This document shows, in pieces, positions 1-8,551 of a DNA stretch of 32,000 nt. How positions within the stretch are numbered: the first letter of the stretch is position 1; each line of letters opens with the position of its first letter. This DNA is from Nostoc sp. PCC 7120 = FACHB-418 (GTDB lineage Bacteria > Cyanobacteriota > Cyanobacteriia > Cyanobacteriales > Nostocaceae), in assembly GCF_000009705.1 (NCBI RefSeq), contig NC_003272.1:6240001-6272000 (forward strand). Reading direction: 5' to 3'. The position numbers and the translations under genes were made by a program. Under the pieces are notes generated by a model. The model saw only the letters and a list, made by a program, of their open reading frames with translations, did no database searches and was not told the DNA's origin.

Positions 1-1
1 T

Positions 2-484
2 GCTTTAGGTAGATTAGGATTAATTTTTTCTCTAATTAGTTCAATAATGACAAGTATTGTCTTGCCAAGCTTTGCACGATGCCAGAATTATAGAATTCTA
101 ATTAATAAATACTGGCAAATTTTGGGTTATTATATCCTATTATGTTTAATTATTTTGGGACTATCTCTTTTATTCACGGACGAGTTACTATGGATTTTGG
201 GCAATAAATACTCTCATCTACATAAAGAAGTAGTTTTTTTTCTTTTTGCTGCTATGCTCCAAACTTTTGCCAACATACTGTGGTCTATTAATGCCTCAAA
301 GGGTTGGATAGAGAAAGCATGGCTATTTATTCCAAACACAATTCTTATTCAAGTCCTACTTATACTTTTCTTTAGATTTTCTACCGTTACTGGCGTAATA
401 TTTTTTAATATCTTTTCTCAAATACCTGCATTCTTTATCAATTTTTATATGGCATATAAAGGTCTATACGAAAGAAATAGTTGA
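2..484 (+). CDS. C-terminal part of a Wzx/MOP-type polysaccharide flippase-like membrane protein (ORF open to the left window edge)
   Basis: The frame is stop-free from nt 2. The product is a string of hydrophobic helices (ILLCLIILGLSLLF, VVFFLFAAMLQTF, LIQVLLILFF, IFFNIFSQIPAFFINF). It sits at the head of a glycosyltransferase cluster. The family call rests on hydrophobicity and context only. Confidence 0.4.
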   Translation, partial: ALGRLGLIFSLISSIMTSIVLPSFARCQNYRILINKYWQILGYYILLCLIILGLSLLFTDELLWILGNKYSHLHKEVVFFLFAAMLQTFANILWSINASKGWIEKAWLFIPNTILIQVLLILFFRFSTVTGVIFFNIFSQIPAFFINFYMAYKGLYERNS

Positions 485-583
485 AGACAGAGTTTTATAC
501 AAAACCAGCATAAAAATAAAAATAATATTTACAAGTAGACGTTTTTAGGATAAAAATATAAATTTATAATCCAGATAATACTA

Positions 584-696
584 AGTAGATCCATGCAAAT
601 AAACCGAACTATGTAACGAAAAGTAAATTTGCTTGAAAACCTCTTTCCTTCTGTCCTCTGCCTTGTCATAGCGACAACTTTTAACACAGAGCTACT
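584..696. mobile_element. MITE-like 113-bp non-autonomous derivative of the neighbouring IS630-family element
   Basis: Flanked by TA (582-583) and TA (697-698). The left end AGTAGATCC...AACCGAACTATGTAACGAAAAGTAAA resembles the IS630 left end AGTAGGTAGG...AACCAAACTATGTGAAGATAAGTAAA (about 34/48 by eye). The right end ACTTTTAACACAGAGCTACT resembles the IS right end ACTTTTCCCACCCACCTACT (15/20). It has no coding capacity. Confidence 0.5.
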
Positions 697-734
697 TAGA
701 CTAAAGCAAATTATGATGGTACTAAAAATATAAT

Positions 735-1658
735 ATGCAGTCAGCAGTCTGTACTTTGTTTGAGGGTAACTACCACTACGGTGTAGGAGCCTTGGCAAAC
801 TCTTTATATTATCACGGGTTTCGCGGAATTATTTGGGTAGGCTATCGTGGCGAATTACCACCTTGGGCGCAACCCATAAACAAATATGGAAATTATCATG
901 AGTATTTTGTGGCCGACAGTTGCATGATTCGCTTTATTAAATTAGAAACTGATGATCACTTCACTAATTATAAACCTAACCTGATGTTGAGATTATGGAA
1001 GGAATTTTGTCCTGACATTGAAGCTTTATTCTACTTTGATCCTGATATTGTAATTAAATGCCGTTGGTCTTACTTTGAAGAGTGGGTTACTTATGGTGTT
1101 GCTTTGTGTGAGGATGTAAATTCACCTGTTCCTAATAGTCACCCTTTACGAATGGCGTGGCGTAACTTTTATGAACTATATGGATATATTTTTAATTCAT
1201 CTGTGGATATCTATGTTAACGGCGGATTTATCGGTGTTAAAAATTCTGAAAAAGAATTTTTAGAAAATTGGTGCAAAATACAAGGTTTGATGTCTTCCTC
1301 AATTGGAGGCTTAAATAATGCAAATATTAAAGATAGAACATTTATGTTTAATAAAACAGATCAAGATGCTCTAAACATTACTTTGATGTCCAACAACCTT
1401 CCAATCAGTTTGATGGGAAAAGAGGCGATGGACATCATATATGGAGGATTTACGATGTCTCATGCTTTAGGCGCAAAAAAGCCCTGGAAAGGTTCAACCA
1501 TTTTTCAAGTAATAAAAGGTAAAAAGCCTCGTCAGGCGGAAAAAGAGTATTGGAAATACACTCTAAAGCCCATAAAATTATATTCTAAATTAGAATTCAT
1601 TATAAGAAAAATTGAATTGAAGATATCAAGTTTTTTAGGGCGTTTTATAGCTAATTAA
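735..1658 (+). CDS. putative nucleotide-sugar glycosyltransferase, GT8-like
   Basis: 307-aa ORF. NKTDQDALNITL resembles the GT8 DQD.LN motif, and the N-terminal AVCTLFEGNYHYGVGALANSLY resembles the GT-A nucleotide-binding start. Glycan-cluster context supports the call. Confidence 0.45.
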   Translation: MQSAVCTLFEGNYHYGVGALANSLYYHGFRGIIWVGYRGELPPWAQPINKYGNYHEYFVADSCMIRFIKLETDDHFTNYKPNLMLRLWKEFCPDIEALFYFDPDIVIKCRWSYFEEWVTYGVALCEDVNSPVPNSHPLRMAWRNFYELYGYIFNSSVDIYVNGGFIGVKNSEKEFLENWCKIQGLMSSSIGGLNNANIKDRTFMFNKTDQDALNITLMSNNLPISLMGKEAMDIIYGGFTMSHALGAKKPWKGSTIFQVIKGKKPRQAEKEYWKYTLKPIKLYSKLEFIIRKIELKISSFLGRFIAN

Positions 1659-1669
1659 TAATAGCAAAA

Positions 1670-1710
1670 ATGTTCCACGAAGTTTCTGCTTCAGGCGCAC
1701 CTTGGACAAT
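1670..1710 (+). pseudogene. relic fragment of a paralogue of the 3778-4872 gene
   Basis: ATGTTCCACGAAGTTTCTGCTTCAGGCGCACCTTGGAC matches 4135-4172 (ATGTTCCACGAAATTTCTGCTTCAGGCCCGCCTTGGAC) with 3 mismatches. It encodes MFHEVSASGAPWT versus the internal MFHEISASGPPWT. The fragment runs directly into the IS630 left end. Confidence 0.55.
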
Positions 1711-1807
1711 TTATAAAACATTTGCATAAGTAGGTAGGCACGAAAAAACCAAACTATGTGAAGATAAGTAAAGACGGAGAATAAATCTGCCGAGGTAACT
1801 AATATAT

Positions 1808-2290
1808 ATGGGCGCTCGTTTAAGAGTATTCCTGAGTCTTGAGGAAGATAGAACCTTGTTCAACCTGAGAACAGCAGATGTACCACAGAAAGTCAAAGAC
1901 CGAGCAGAAGTAATTAGGTTAAATGCACACGGTTGGTATGTGGAAAAAATAGCGGCTCATGTAAATTGGACTTCACAGACAGTTAGAGAAGTTTTGCATA
2001 AATGGGAAAAACATGGTCTACAAGGGCTATGGGAACAACCAGGCAGAGGAGGGAAAGCAAAATGGCAGGAAGAGGACATAGTATTTTTGGAAGAATGCCT
2101 GAAAAAAGAACCAAGAACATACAACAGTCATCAGTTGGCACAAAAATTAGAAACTGAACGTGCGATTAAACTGAGTCCCGACAGAATTAGACGGGTACTC
2201 AAAAAAAGGGGATCGATTGGAAGCGAGCCAGAAAAAGCCACAAAAGAAAACAAGACCCCACCGTTCGAGAGTACAAACAACCTGACCTAG
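1808..2290 (+). CDS. IS630 transposase OrfA (HTH / winged-helix DNA-binding part)
   Basis: RAEVIRLNAHGWYVEKIAAHVNWTSQTVREVLHKWEKHGLQGL is a typical IS630 N-terminal HTH. An A7G4 run at 2201-2211 sits where the -1 frame opens (from 2191). Confidence 0.8.
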   Translation: MGARLRVFLSLEEDRTLFNLRTADVPQKVKDRAEVIRLNAHGWYVEKIAAHVNWTSQTVREVLHKWEKHGLQGLWEQPGRGGKAKWQEEDIVFLEECLKKEPRTYNSHQLAQKLETERAIKLSPDRIRRVLKKRGSIGSEPEKATKENKTPPFESTNNLT

Positions 2291-2292
2291 AA

Positions 2293-2862
2293 ATGCTCGA
2301 ATTATTTGCAGCGACGGGAGAAATAGACCTCAAGTATTTGGATGAATCAGGGTTTTGCTTGTGGAGTGAACCAGGCTACACCTATTACTTTCGCGGTGAA
2401 CAAAAACGTTTGGAACAAACTCTTCGTCGTGGTCGCCGACTCAGCATCATCGGATTTCTTCAACCTTTGATCAGTTTTGTTTATGGTTTAGTCATTGGGG
2501 GCGTTAACCGGAAGTCTTATATCCAGATGATGGAGATTGAAGCAGCTGATGCTCAGAAAACCGGACATATTCGCGTAATTGTCCAAGATAACGGGCCGAT
2601 ACACCGATGTCATCAGGTACAAGAACTCTGGCCTAAATGGGAGAGTATGGGTTTGTACATTTTCTTTTTACCCAAATATTGCTCGGAAATGAATCCCATT
2701 GAATTGGAATGGCAGCATCTTAAAAAAGATGAACTCAGAGGGCAAACATTTGATGATGAATTAGACCTTGCTTATGCGGTAATTAATGGTGTTGAAGCTA
2801 GGGGTAAAAAAGGTAACTACAGTACGCAACGTGTTAAATTTAACTCTAATTCTATTACTTAA
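2293..2862 (+). CDS. IS630 transposase OrfB (DDE catalytic part); its frame is open upstream to 2191, so it is probably fused to OrfA by a -1 shift
   Basis: Carries LDESGF, VIVQDNGPIH and LPKYCSEMNPIELEW catalytic-region motifs. A -1 shift at the A7 run gives ...RRVLKKKGIDWKRARKSHKRKQDP...LEMLELF, a continuous IS630-type linker. Confidence 0.8.
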   Translation: MLELFAATGEIDLKYLDESGFCLWSEPGYTYYFRGEQKRLEQTLRRGRRLSIIGFLQPLISFVYGLVIGGVNRKSYIQMMEIEAADAQKTGHIRVIVQDNGPIHRCHQVQELWPKWESMGLYIFFLPKYCSEMNPIELEWQHLKKDELRGQTFDDELDLAYAVINGVEARGKKGNYSTQRVKFNSNSIT

Positions 2863-2949
2863 TGTTTCGTTACATACTTGGGACTTTTCCCACCCACCTA
2901 CTTACATTGCGTGAATAGGAGACATCTTCACTCTTTAAGGGAAACATTT

Positions 2950-3771
2950 ATGAATACAGTAAAATCTCAATATCGACCTTACTTGCTCAAAATTCAACCA
3001 CTATGGTTGAGAGAGAAGATATACTGGAAGCTTTATTCCAAAAAAATGGATGACAAAATAGATGAATATTTACCATTATTTACAAGTGCTAAATTAGAGT
3101 TTGCGTCTCATATTTCAATGAATCTGATACCAACAGACGTAAGCCACAAAATGCTCGCATTTTGTGGCTTCTATGAATTGCCTGTATCTCAGCATATTGT
3201 CAAGCTAGCAAAAACTGGTGGTTTGATGATAGATGTAGGTGCTAACTACGGCTACTATTCATGCCTTTGGGCTGCCAATGGAACCAATAATAAAGTCATT
3301 GCATTTGAAGCATCACCCAGGAACTCACAAGCATTGAAACTCAATTTGTCCAACAATGAACTTATAAGTCAAGTAGAAGTATACGAAATAGCTGTAGGCA
3401 AAGAAAAAGGTCATCTATTCTTCGATTTGGGACCACAAAAACAAAGTGGATGGGGAGGGCTTTTGCTTAATGAACAGTTAGATGCAATTCAAGTACCTGT
3501 AATTTCTTTAGATGAGATGTTTCTCAAGACTGATTACCCGGATATAAATCTACTTAAAATAGATACAGAAGGGGCAGATACCTGGGTGCTTCAAGGTGCA
3601 AAAGAGTTATTGCGATCGCGTCGTATCCACCACATCTTTTTTGAAGAAAATACTGTACGGATGGCAAAACTTGGTATAGAGCCTGGAGAAGCACAAAAAA
3701 TCCTTAAAGACTATGGATATACTGTTGTGAGCTTAGGTAAAGGAGAATGGTACGCAAATTTATCTAAATGA
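2950..3771 (+). CDS. FkbM-family SAM-dependent methyltransferase
   Basis: Carries MIDVGANYGYYS (motif I), VIAFEASPRN and INLLKIDTEGADTWVLQGAKELL, the FkbM signature. I prefer the ATG at 2950 because the tracked start at 2878 lies inside the IS630 right inverted repeat. Confidence 0.75.
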   Translation: MNTVKSQYRPYLLKIQPLWLREKIYWKLYSKKMDDKIDEYLPLFTSAKLEFASHISMNLIPTDVSHKMLAFCGFYELPVSQHIVKLAKTGGLMIDVGANYGYYSCLWAANGTNNKVIAFEASPRNSQALKLNLSNNELISQVEVYEIAVGKEKGHLFFDLGPQKQSGWGGLLLNEQLDAIQVPVISLDEMFLKTDYPDINLLKIDTEGADTWVLQGAKELLRSRRIHHIFFEENTVRMAKLGIEPGEAQKILKDYGYTVVSLGKGEWYANLSK

Positions 3772-3777
3772 AAAATT

Positions 3778-4872
3778 ATGAGTAATTTTGCTTCTGTAAT
3801 TTCAATAGTTACCAGACTTCCTCCCGCAATTGATGGTGTAGGGGATTATGCCCTCAATTTAGCTCGTCAGCTTCGCCAAGATTTTCAGATTCAAACTCAT
3901 TTTATTGTATGTGATCCCATATGGAATGGTGCAGCAGAAATTGAAGGTTTTTCTGTTAGTAAAATTAGCGATCGCTCTCCTAATGCACTGCTAGATTTAT
4001 TATCAACCAATCGCTCATCCAGCATTCTTTTACATTATGTAGGCTATGGCTATGCTCAACGAGGCTGTCCAGTTTGGTTAGTCGATGGGTTACAGCGTTG
4101 TAAAAGTTTATTTCCCAAGCGATCGCTCGTTACCATGTTCCACGAAATTTCTGCTTCAGGCCCGCCTTGGACGAGTGCTTTTTGGCTATCATCCTTACAG
4201 AGAAGTTTAGCAGCACGTTTGGCACAAATGGGCGATCGCTGTGTTACCAGTAAAAAGCTCTATGCCGAAATAATTATTGATATTAGCAAAGGAAAACATA
4301 ATCAAGTATTATTCTTACCAGTTTTCTCTAGTATTGGTGAACCAGATACATTCCCTCTTGATTTATCAAAACGTCAACCTCGATTAGTTATTTTCGGAGG
4401 CATTTCTAAACGAGCGAGAGTTTATAGAAACTGTCAAAAAACATTGAATTATGTTTGCCAGAAATTAAATATTCAGGAAATTTCGGATGTTGGAGTTCCA
4501 ACTGGAATTACTCCTTCATCTATTGGCAAAGTACCAATTGTAGAAGTAGGAGAACAACCAGCTCAAAAGGTTAGTAAGATTCTCAAACACTCCCTAGCTG
4601 GTTTTTCGGACTATAATCCAGATTATTTAGCTAAATCTAGTATTTTTGCGGCTTACTGTTCCCACAGACTTTTACCTATCAACTCTAAATATAAGACCTT
4701 AATAGTTGACGGAATAGAAGCAAGTAAGCACTATTGGGTTCCTAGCACTAAATCTGAAGAATTAGAAGAACATTTTAATAGTCAAGCGATCGCTGATAAT
4801 GCTTATTATTGGTACTCGAATCATAGCTTAATCATCCAAGCCAAAACATTTGCTGAAATCTTAATTAATTAA
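3778..4872 (+). CDS. glycosyltransferase-like protein (GT-B / GT4-like N-terminus suspected)
   Basis: ISIVTRLPPAIDGVGDYALNLARQL resembles the GT4 N-terminal Gly-rich loop. No clear E-x7-E motif is visible. The start is 7 nt after the preceding stop. It has a relic paralogous fragment at 1670-1710. Confidence 0.4.
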   Translation: MSNFASVISIVTRLPPAIDGVGDYALNLARQLRQDFQIQTHFIVCDPIWNGAAEIEGFSVSKISDRSPNALLDLLSTNRSSSILLHYVGYGYAQRGCPVWLVDGLQRCKSLFPKRSLVTMFHEISASGPPWTSAFWLSSLQRSLAARLAQMGDRCVTSKKLYAEIIIDISKGKHNQVLFLPVFSSIGEPDTFPLDLSKRQPRLVIFGGISKRARVYRNCQKTLNYVCQKLNIQEISDVGVPTGITPSSIGKVPIVEVGEQPAQKVSKILKHSLAGFSDYNPDYLAKSSIFAAYCSHRLLPINSKYKTLIVDGIEASKHYWVPSTKSEELEEHFNSQAIADNAYYWYSNHSLIIQAKTFAEILIN

Positions 4873-4900
4873 GATATTACATTTTTAACAGGATATTGAG

Positions 4901-5590
4901 ATGAGAATAAATATTAAACAGCAACGACACAGTGCAGCCTTAGCCAGTGGTGGTATTAGTAGTCAACCAATATATAGTAAATTCTTGCACTTGATTGAAG
5001 AATTAAATCTCAAGGGTGATTGTCTAGATTTTGGAGCAGGGATTGGTAACTTAAGCCAAAGAATTCACAGTTTAAACCGCTTTAAATCTATAACTGCTGT
5101 TGACATCATGGAGCCTCCTATTGAACTAGATAGTTCAATAAATTGGTTAACCTGGGATCTCAATGATTCACTAGATATAATTAGCCAGAAATTTGATGTT
5201 ATTGTATCTGTTGAAGTAATCGAACATCTAGAAAACCCCAGGGCTGTAGCACGAGAATTGTTTAGATTACTTCGTCCTGGTGGAATACTTATGTTGAGTA
5301 CACCAAATAATGAAAGCTGGCGTTCTTTGCTTGCATTATTAATGCAAGGACATTTTGTAGCTTTTGGTGATAGTTGTTATCCTGCACATATCACAGCATT
5401 ATTAAGAAAAGATATTGAGCGTATTCTTAATGAAGCCGGTTTTTGTAACCTAGAATTCAAATATACAGATTTCGGTAGAATTCCTAAATTAACTCATTTA
5501 AACTATCAAAAATTTTCTTTTGGTATTCTAAGGGGTGTTCGTTATAGTGATAATTTGATAGTAACTGCATCAAAATCGGCTGATTTTTAA
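4901..5590 (+). CDS. class I SAM-dependent methyltransferase
   Basis: Carries CLDFGAGIGNLS (motif I), FDVIVSVEVIEHLENP and LRPGGILMLSTPN (post-I and motif II/III pattern). Confidence 0.75.
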   Translation: MRINIKQQRHSAALASGGISSQPIYSKFLHLIEELNLKGDCLDFGAGIGNLSQRIHSLNRFKSITAVDIMEPPIELDSSINWLTWDLNDSLDIISQKFDVIVSVEVIEHLENPRAVARELFRLLRPGGILMLSTPNNESWRSLLALLMQGHFVAFGDSCYPAHITALLRKDIERILNEAGFCNLEFKYTDFGRIPKLTHLNYQKFSFGILRGVRYSDNLIVTASKSADF

Positions 5591-5819
5591 GTAATAGTAA
5601 ATCATCTTTATGAGAGATGATTCGTAAAGTAAATATTTATTAAATAGCCAATCGCCTAAGCTCGACTTTATCCATTTTTGCTTTCGGGTTATCACAAGGT
5701 TATGCGATCACGAAAAAATGAGGGTTTTACTGCATACATAACATTTAAATACAGTCTTGGTAAATACTGGTGAATCGCGCAATACACTGAGATTGCAAGA
5801 CAATTGTGTGTATCGTCCC

Positions 5820-6385
5820 ATGAATACAACAATACCAGTTGAAATCGCCAGTGTCCTACTGCCGTTTGCGGCAGCTTTTACCAAGCCAGTCTGGTGTCAT
5901 GTCCAAACTTTGCTAATGGGAGCGATTTTAACAACAGGTAAATGTACCGTCACTTCGGTACTGGTAGTAATGGGAATGAATCAAGAGCAACACTTTCAAA
6001 ATTATCATCGCGTCTTAAACCGTGCAGTCTGGCCAAGTTTAGAAGCAAGCCGAATTTTATTAATGGTCATGGTAAAAGTGTTTTTACCGAGTGGGCTAAT
6101 CATCATGGGAATAGATGATACGATTGAACCTCGTAAAGGAAAGAAAATTAAGGCGAAAGGAATATATCAAGACCCAATACGTTCAAGTAACAGTCAAGTT
6201 GTGAAGGCGAGTGGCTTACGATGGCTATCAATGATGCTGTTAGTTGAAATTTCTTGGGCTGGGCGTGTCTGGGCATTACCTTTCTTAACAGTGCTTGCAC
6301 CATCAGAACGTTGCAGCCAGCAGTATAAACTTCGGCATAAAAAACTGATTGATTGGGCCAGACAGATGATGTTTCAAGTTAAACG
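5820..6385 (+). pseudogene. 5' fragment of an IS4/IS701-like DDE transposase gene, truncated at about 190 codons
   Basis: HFQNYHRVLNRAVWPSLEASRILL and the first catalytic-Asp region IIMGIDDTIEPRKGKKI resemble DDE transposases that are normally about twice this length. Similarity stops near 6385, where an opposite-strand IS fragment begins. The exact IS family is uncertain. Confidence 0.55.
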
Positions 6386-6462
6386 ATTCCCTTTAACCTT
6401 TTTGCCACCATCGAAACCGTAGACCTCCCCTTTTTTTCCATTGTCTTCACCGACTGAGAGTC
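6383..6462 (-). pseudogene. short fragment of an IS5-family (DDE_Tnp_1-type) transposase gene with a frameshift
   Basis: The minus strand reads DSQSVKT (6462-6442). After a frame change in the A7 run it reads GEVYGFDGGKKVKGNR (to 6383). Together these match the classic IS5 IDSQSVKT...GYDGGKK.KGRKRH block. A stop lies two codons upstream and the block ends at NRLT-stop. Confidence 0.45.
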
Positions 6463-6540
6463 TCTAGATTAAAGTCTAGTCCATCTAACTCAAAGGCTCT
6501 TTAGATTTTCTTTACAAATTACGTCTGATATTGGAATAAT

Positions 6541-7472
6541 ATGAATATTCAAAAAATAAAGTCGTACATTAATAGACCAGAATATATTTTTAGGCCTGTT
6601 CAAATCTTTAAAAAGATTTTTAACTTACAGGACAATTCAAATAATCTTTTTAAAGAAGCTCATCTACCTTGGAACGTGAAAATTAAAATCACAACAGATA
6701 CCAATGATGTCGTTAGTAAAGCAATTTCAAAATATGGAATCTATGACTTGAGTTTAACAGAGGCACTTTGGCGATTGACTAGTCCAGGGGAAACAGCCAT
6801 AGACATTGGTGCTAATATTGGCTATATGACAAGCATTATGGCTATGAAAGTTGGTCAAAAAGGAAAAGTTTTATGTTTTGAACCTAACCCAGAAGTATAT
6901 AAAGAATTGAGTGATAATATAGAGTTTTGGGAACAAATGACAATATAAATAATATTAATAGCTATAATATAGCTCTTTCAAATCATTCTGCTATTTGAAA
7001 TTTAAACATAGTTTCTAAAAATAGAGGTGAAGCATTTATTGATGTTGATTTTAATAATGATATGAAAAGCAATATCAATATCATAAAAATTCCAGTATAC
7101 TTAGAACGATTAGAAAAAGTTTTAGGGGATAAATATAAACTTATCAATATTCTAAAAATAGATGTAGAAGGCCATGAATTGCAAGTTTTACAAGGGGCTG
7201 GTAATTTCATTTCTCATCAAACCATACGTGATATTTTATTTGAAGAACATCATGGTTATCCTAGTCAATTAACCGAGTTTTTAGAAAAAAATGGCTACAG
7301 AATATTCCGAATCTGGAAAGGGTTTTGGAAACCAATACTATTATCCCCAACAAAAACCTTAATTCATGAATGGGAACCTCCCAATTATCTTGCTACTCTT
7401 GACCCTAAACGAGCCATTAAGCTTTTTGACGAATGGGGATGGAAATCTTTATCTGGTAGAATAGATAATTAA
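6541..7472 (+). pseudogene. FkbM-family methyltransferase gene disrupted by one frameshift and one in-frame TGA
   Basis: The N-terminal ORF has AIDIGANIGYMTS and VLCFEPNPEVY. The C-terminal ORF has INILKIDVEGHELQVLQGAGNFI. The frames switch within 6918-6948. The downstream frame reads NINSYNIALSNHSAI-TGA(6996-6998)-NLNIVSKNRGEAFIDV, colinear with the intact paralogue at 2950-3771. Confidence 0.7.
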
Positions 7473-7504
7473 CTTAGTATTCTAAGCAAATACGAAAAAA
7501 TATC

Positions 7505-8551
7505 GTGAATATCCTATTATTATCTATGTTCTTTTATCCAAGCTTAGGTGGTAGTGAAACTAATGCTGAGATATTAGCCCGTCAATTTAGCCAAATGGGA
7601 CATAAAGTAATAGTAGTTACCCAGACGATTGGAAATAATCTTGATGCCAATGGCTTACCATTTCCTTTCGAAGTAATCCGCAATCCTCATTGGATGAAAT
7701 TAGTAAAGCTTGTCAAATGGTGTGATGTTTATTTTCATAATGGCATCAGTGTGAGGGCAGCTTGGCCATTATTAATTTTCAACAAACCTTGGGTCATCCG
7801 CCATCAAGTGTGGATAAGACGTATTGATGGTAGTGTCAATAGAATTGGTGGTAATCCTAATGATTGGATTGTCAAAATCAAGCGTTGGATAAATCAGTTC
7901 GCTGTATCAATTGCCATTAGTGAAGCCATCGCAGAGCATTTAAATTGTCCTTCCTTTGTTATACCAAATCCATATCGTGACTATTTATTCCGTATAATTC
8001 CCGAAGCTAACAGAAATAAAGAAATTGTTTTTCTTGGACGATTGGTTTCAGAAAAAGGAGTAGATATATTACTGGAATCTTTAGCAAGCCTGGCAGAGTA
8101 TAGATTAAGTCCACTGCTAACTATAGTTGGAGATGGGCCAGAGAAAGCGAAACTAGAACTAAAATCTAAAAAATTGGGCATTCATCAACGAGTTGTTTTT
8201 GTTGGATCTAAAGTAGGAGAAGAATTAGTCAGTCTTCTAAATGAACACCAGATTATGGTTATTCCTTCTCTTTATGATGAACCTTTTGGCGTGGTAGCAC
8301 TAGAAGGTATTGCTTGCGGTTGTGTTGTTGTTGGTTCAGAAGGCGGAGGCTTAAAAGATGCCATCGGTTCCTGTGGTTTGACATTTCCTAACGGCAATGT
8401 AGAGCAATTGACAAATATCTTGTTTAATTTACTGACTCATCCTGAACAAATGAAATTCTATAGAGACAATGCCGAATTACATTTAGCCCGTCATACAAGT
8501 AAAGCGATTGCCAAGGAATATATGAAAGTCCTGGAGGCAGCAGTTAAATGA
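7505..8551 (+). CDS. GT4-family glycosyltransferase
   Basis: GTG start. Carries MNILLLSMFFYPSLGGSETNAEILA (GT4 N-terminus), IVFLGRLVSEKG and PSLYDEPFGVVALEGIACGCVVV (E-x7-E). Confidence 0.85.
   Translation: MNILLLSMFFYPSLGGSETNAEILARQFSQMGHKVIVVTQTIGNNLDANGLPFPFEVIRNPHWMKLVKLVKWCDVYFHNGISVRAAWPLLIFNKPWVIRHQVWIRRIDGSVNRIGGNPNDWIVKIKRWINQFAVSIAISEAIAEHLNCPSFVIPNPYRDYLFRIIPEANRNKEIVFLGRLVSEKGVDILLESLASLAEYRLSPLLTIVGDGPEKAKLELKSKKLGIHQRVVFVGSKVGEELVSLLNEHQIMVIPSLYDEPFGVVALEGIACGCVVVGSEGGGLKDAIGSCGLTFPNGNVEQLTNILFNLLTHPEQMKFYRDNAELHLARHTSKAIAKEYMKVLEAAVK

Larger units (their letters stand above)
1729..2902 (+). mobile_element. IS630-family insertion sequence, apparently complete (1174 bp)
   Basis: Imperfect terminal inverted repeats: AGTAGGTAGGCACGAAAA at 1729 and the reverse complement of CTTTTCCCACCCACCTACT ending at 2902. 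TA dinucleotides lie on both flanks (1727-1728, 2903-2904), as expected for IS630/Tc1-mariner target duplication. A two-ORF transposase lies inside. Confidence 0.8.

Noticed and set aside
529-798. 89-aa minus-strand ORF
   Set aside because: It spans the MITE-like element and AT-rich spacer and overlaps the start of the well-supported 735 gene. It has low-complexity composition and no recognisable motif.
1711-1896. 61-aa minus-strand ORF
   Set aside because: It lies across the IS630 left end, antisense to the transposase OrfA start. It is most likely a chance ORF.
2878-2949. Upstream extension (tracked start at 2878) of the FkbM methyltransferase ORF
   Set aside because: The first 25 nt lie inside the IS630 right inverted repeat, so this start would be created by the insertion. 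MNTVKS at 2950 is the more plausible native start.
5757-5819. Tracked TTG start of the truncated transposase ORF
   Set aside because: The first 21 codons have no transposase-like character. The ATG at 5820 (MNTTIPVEIAS) is the more likely original start. The gene is a fragment in any case.
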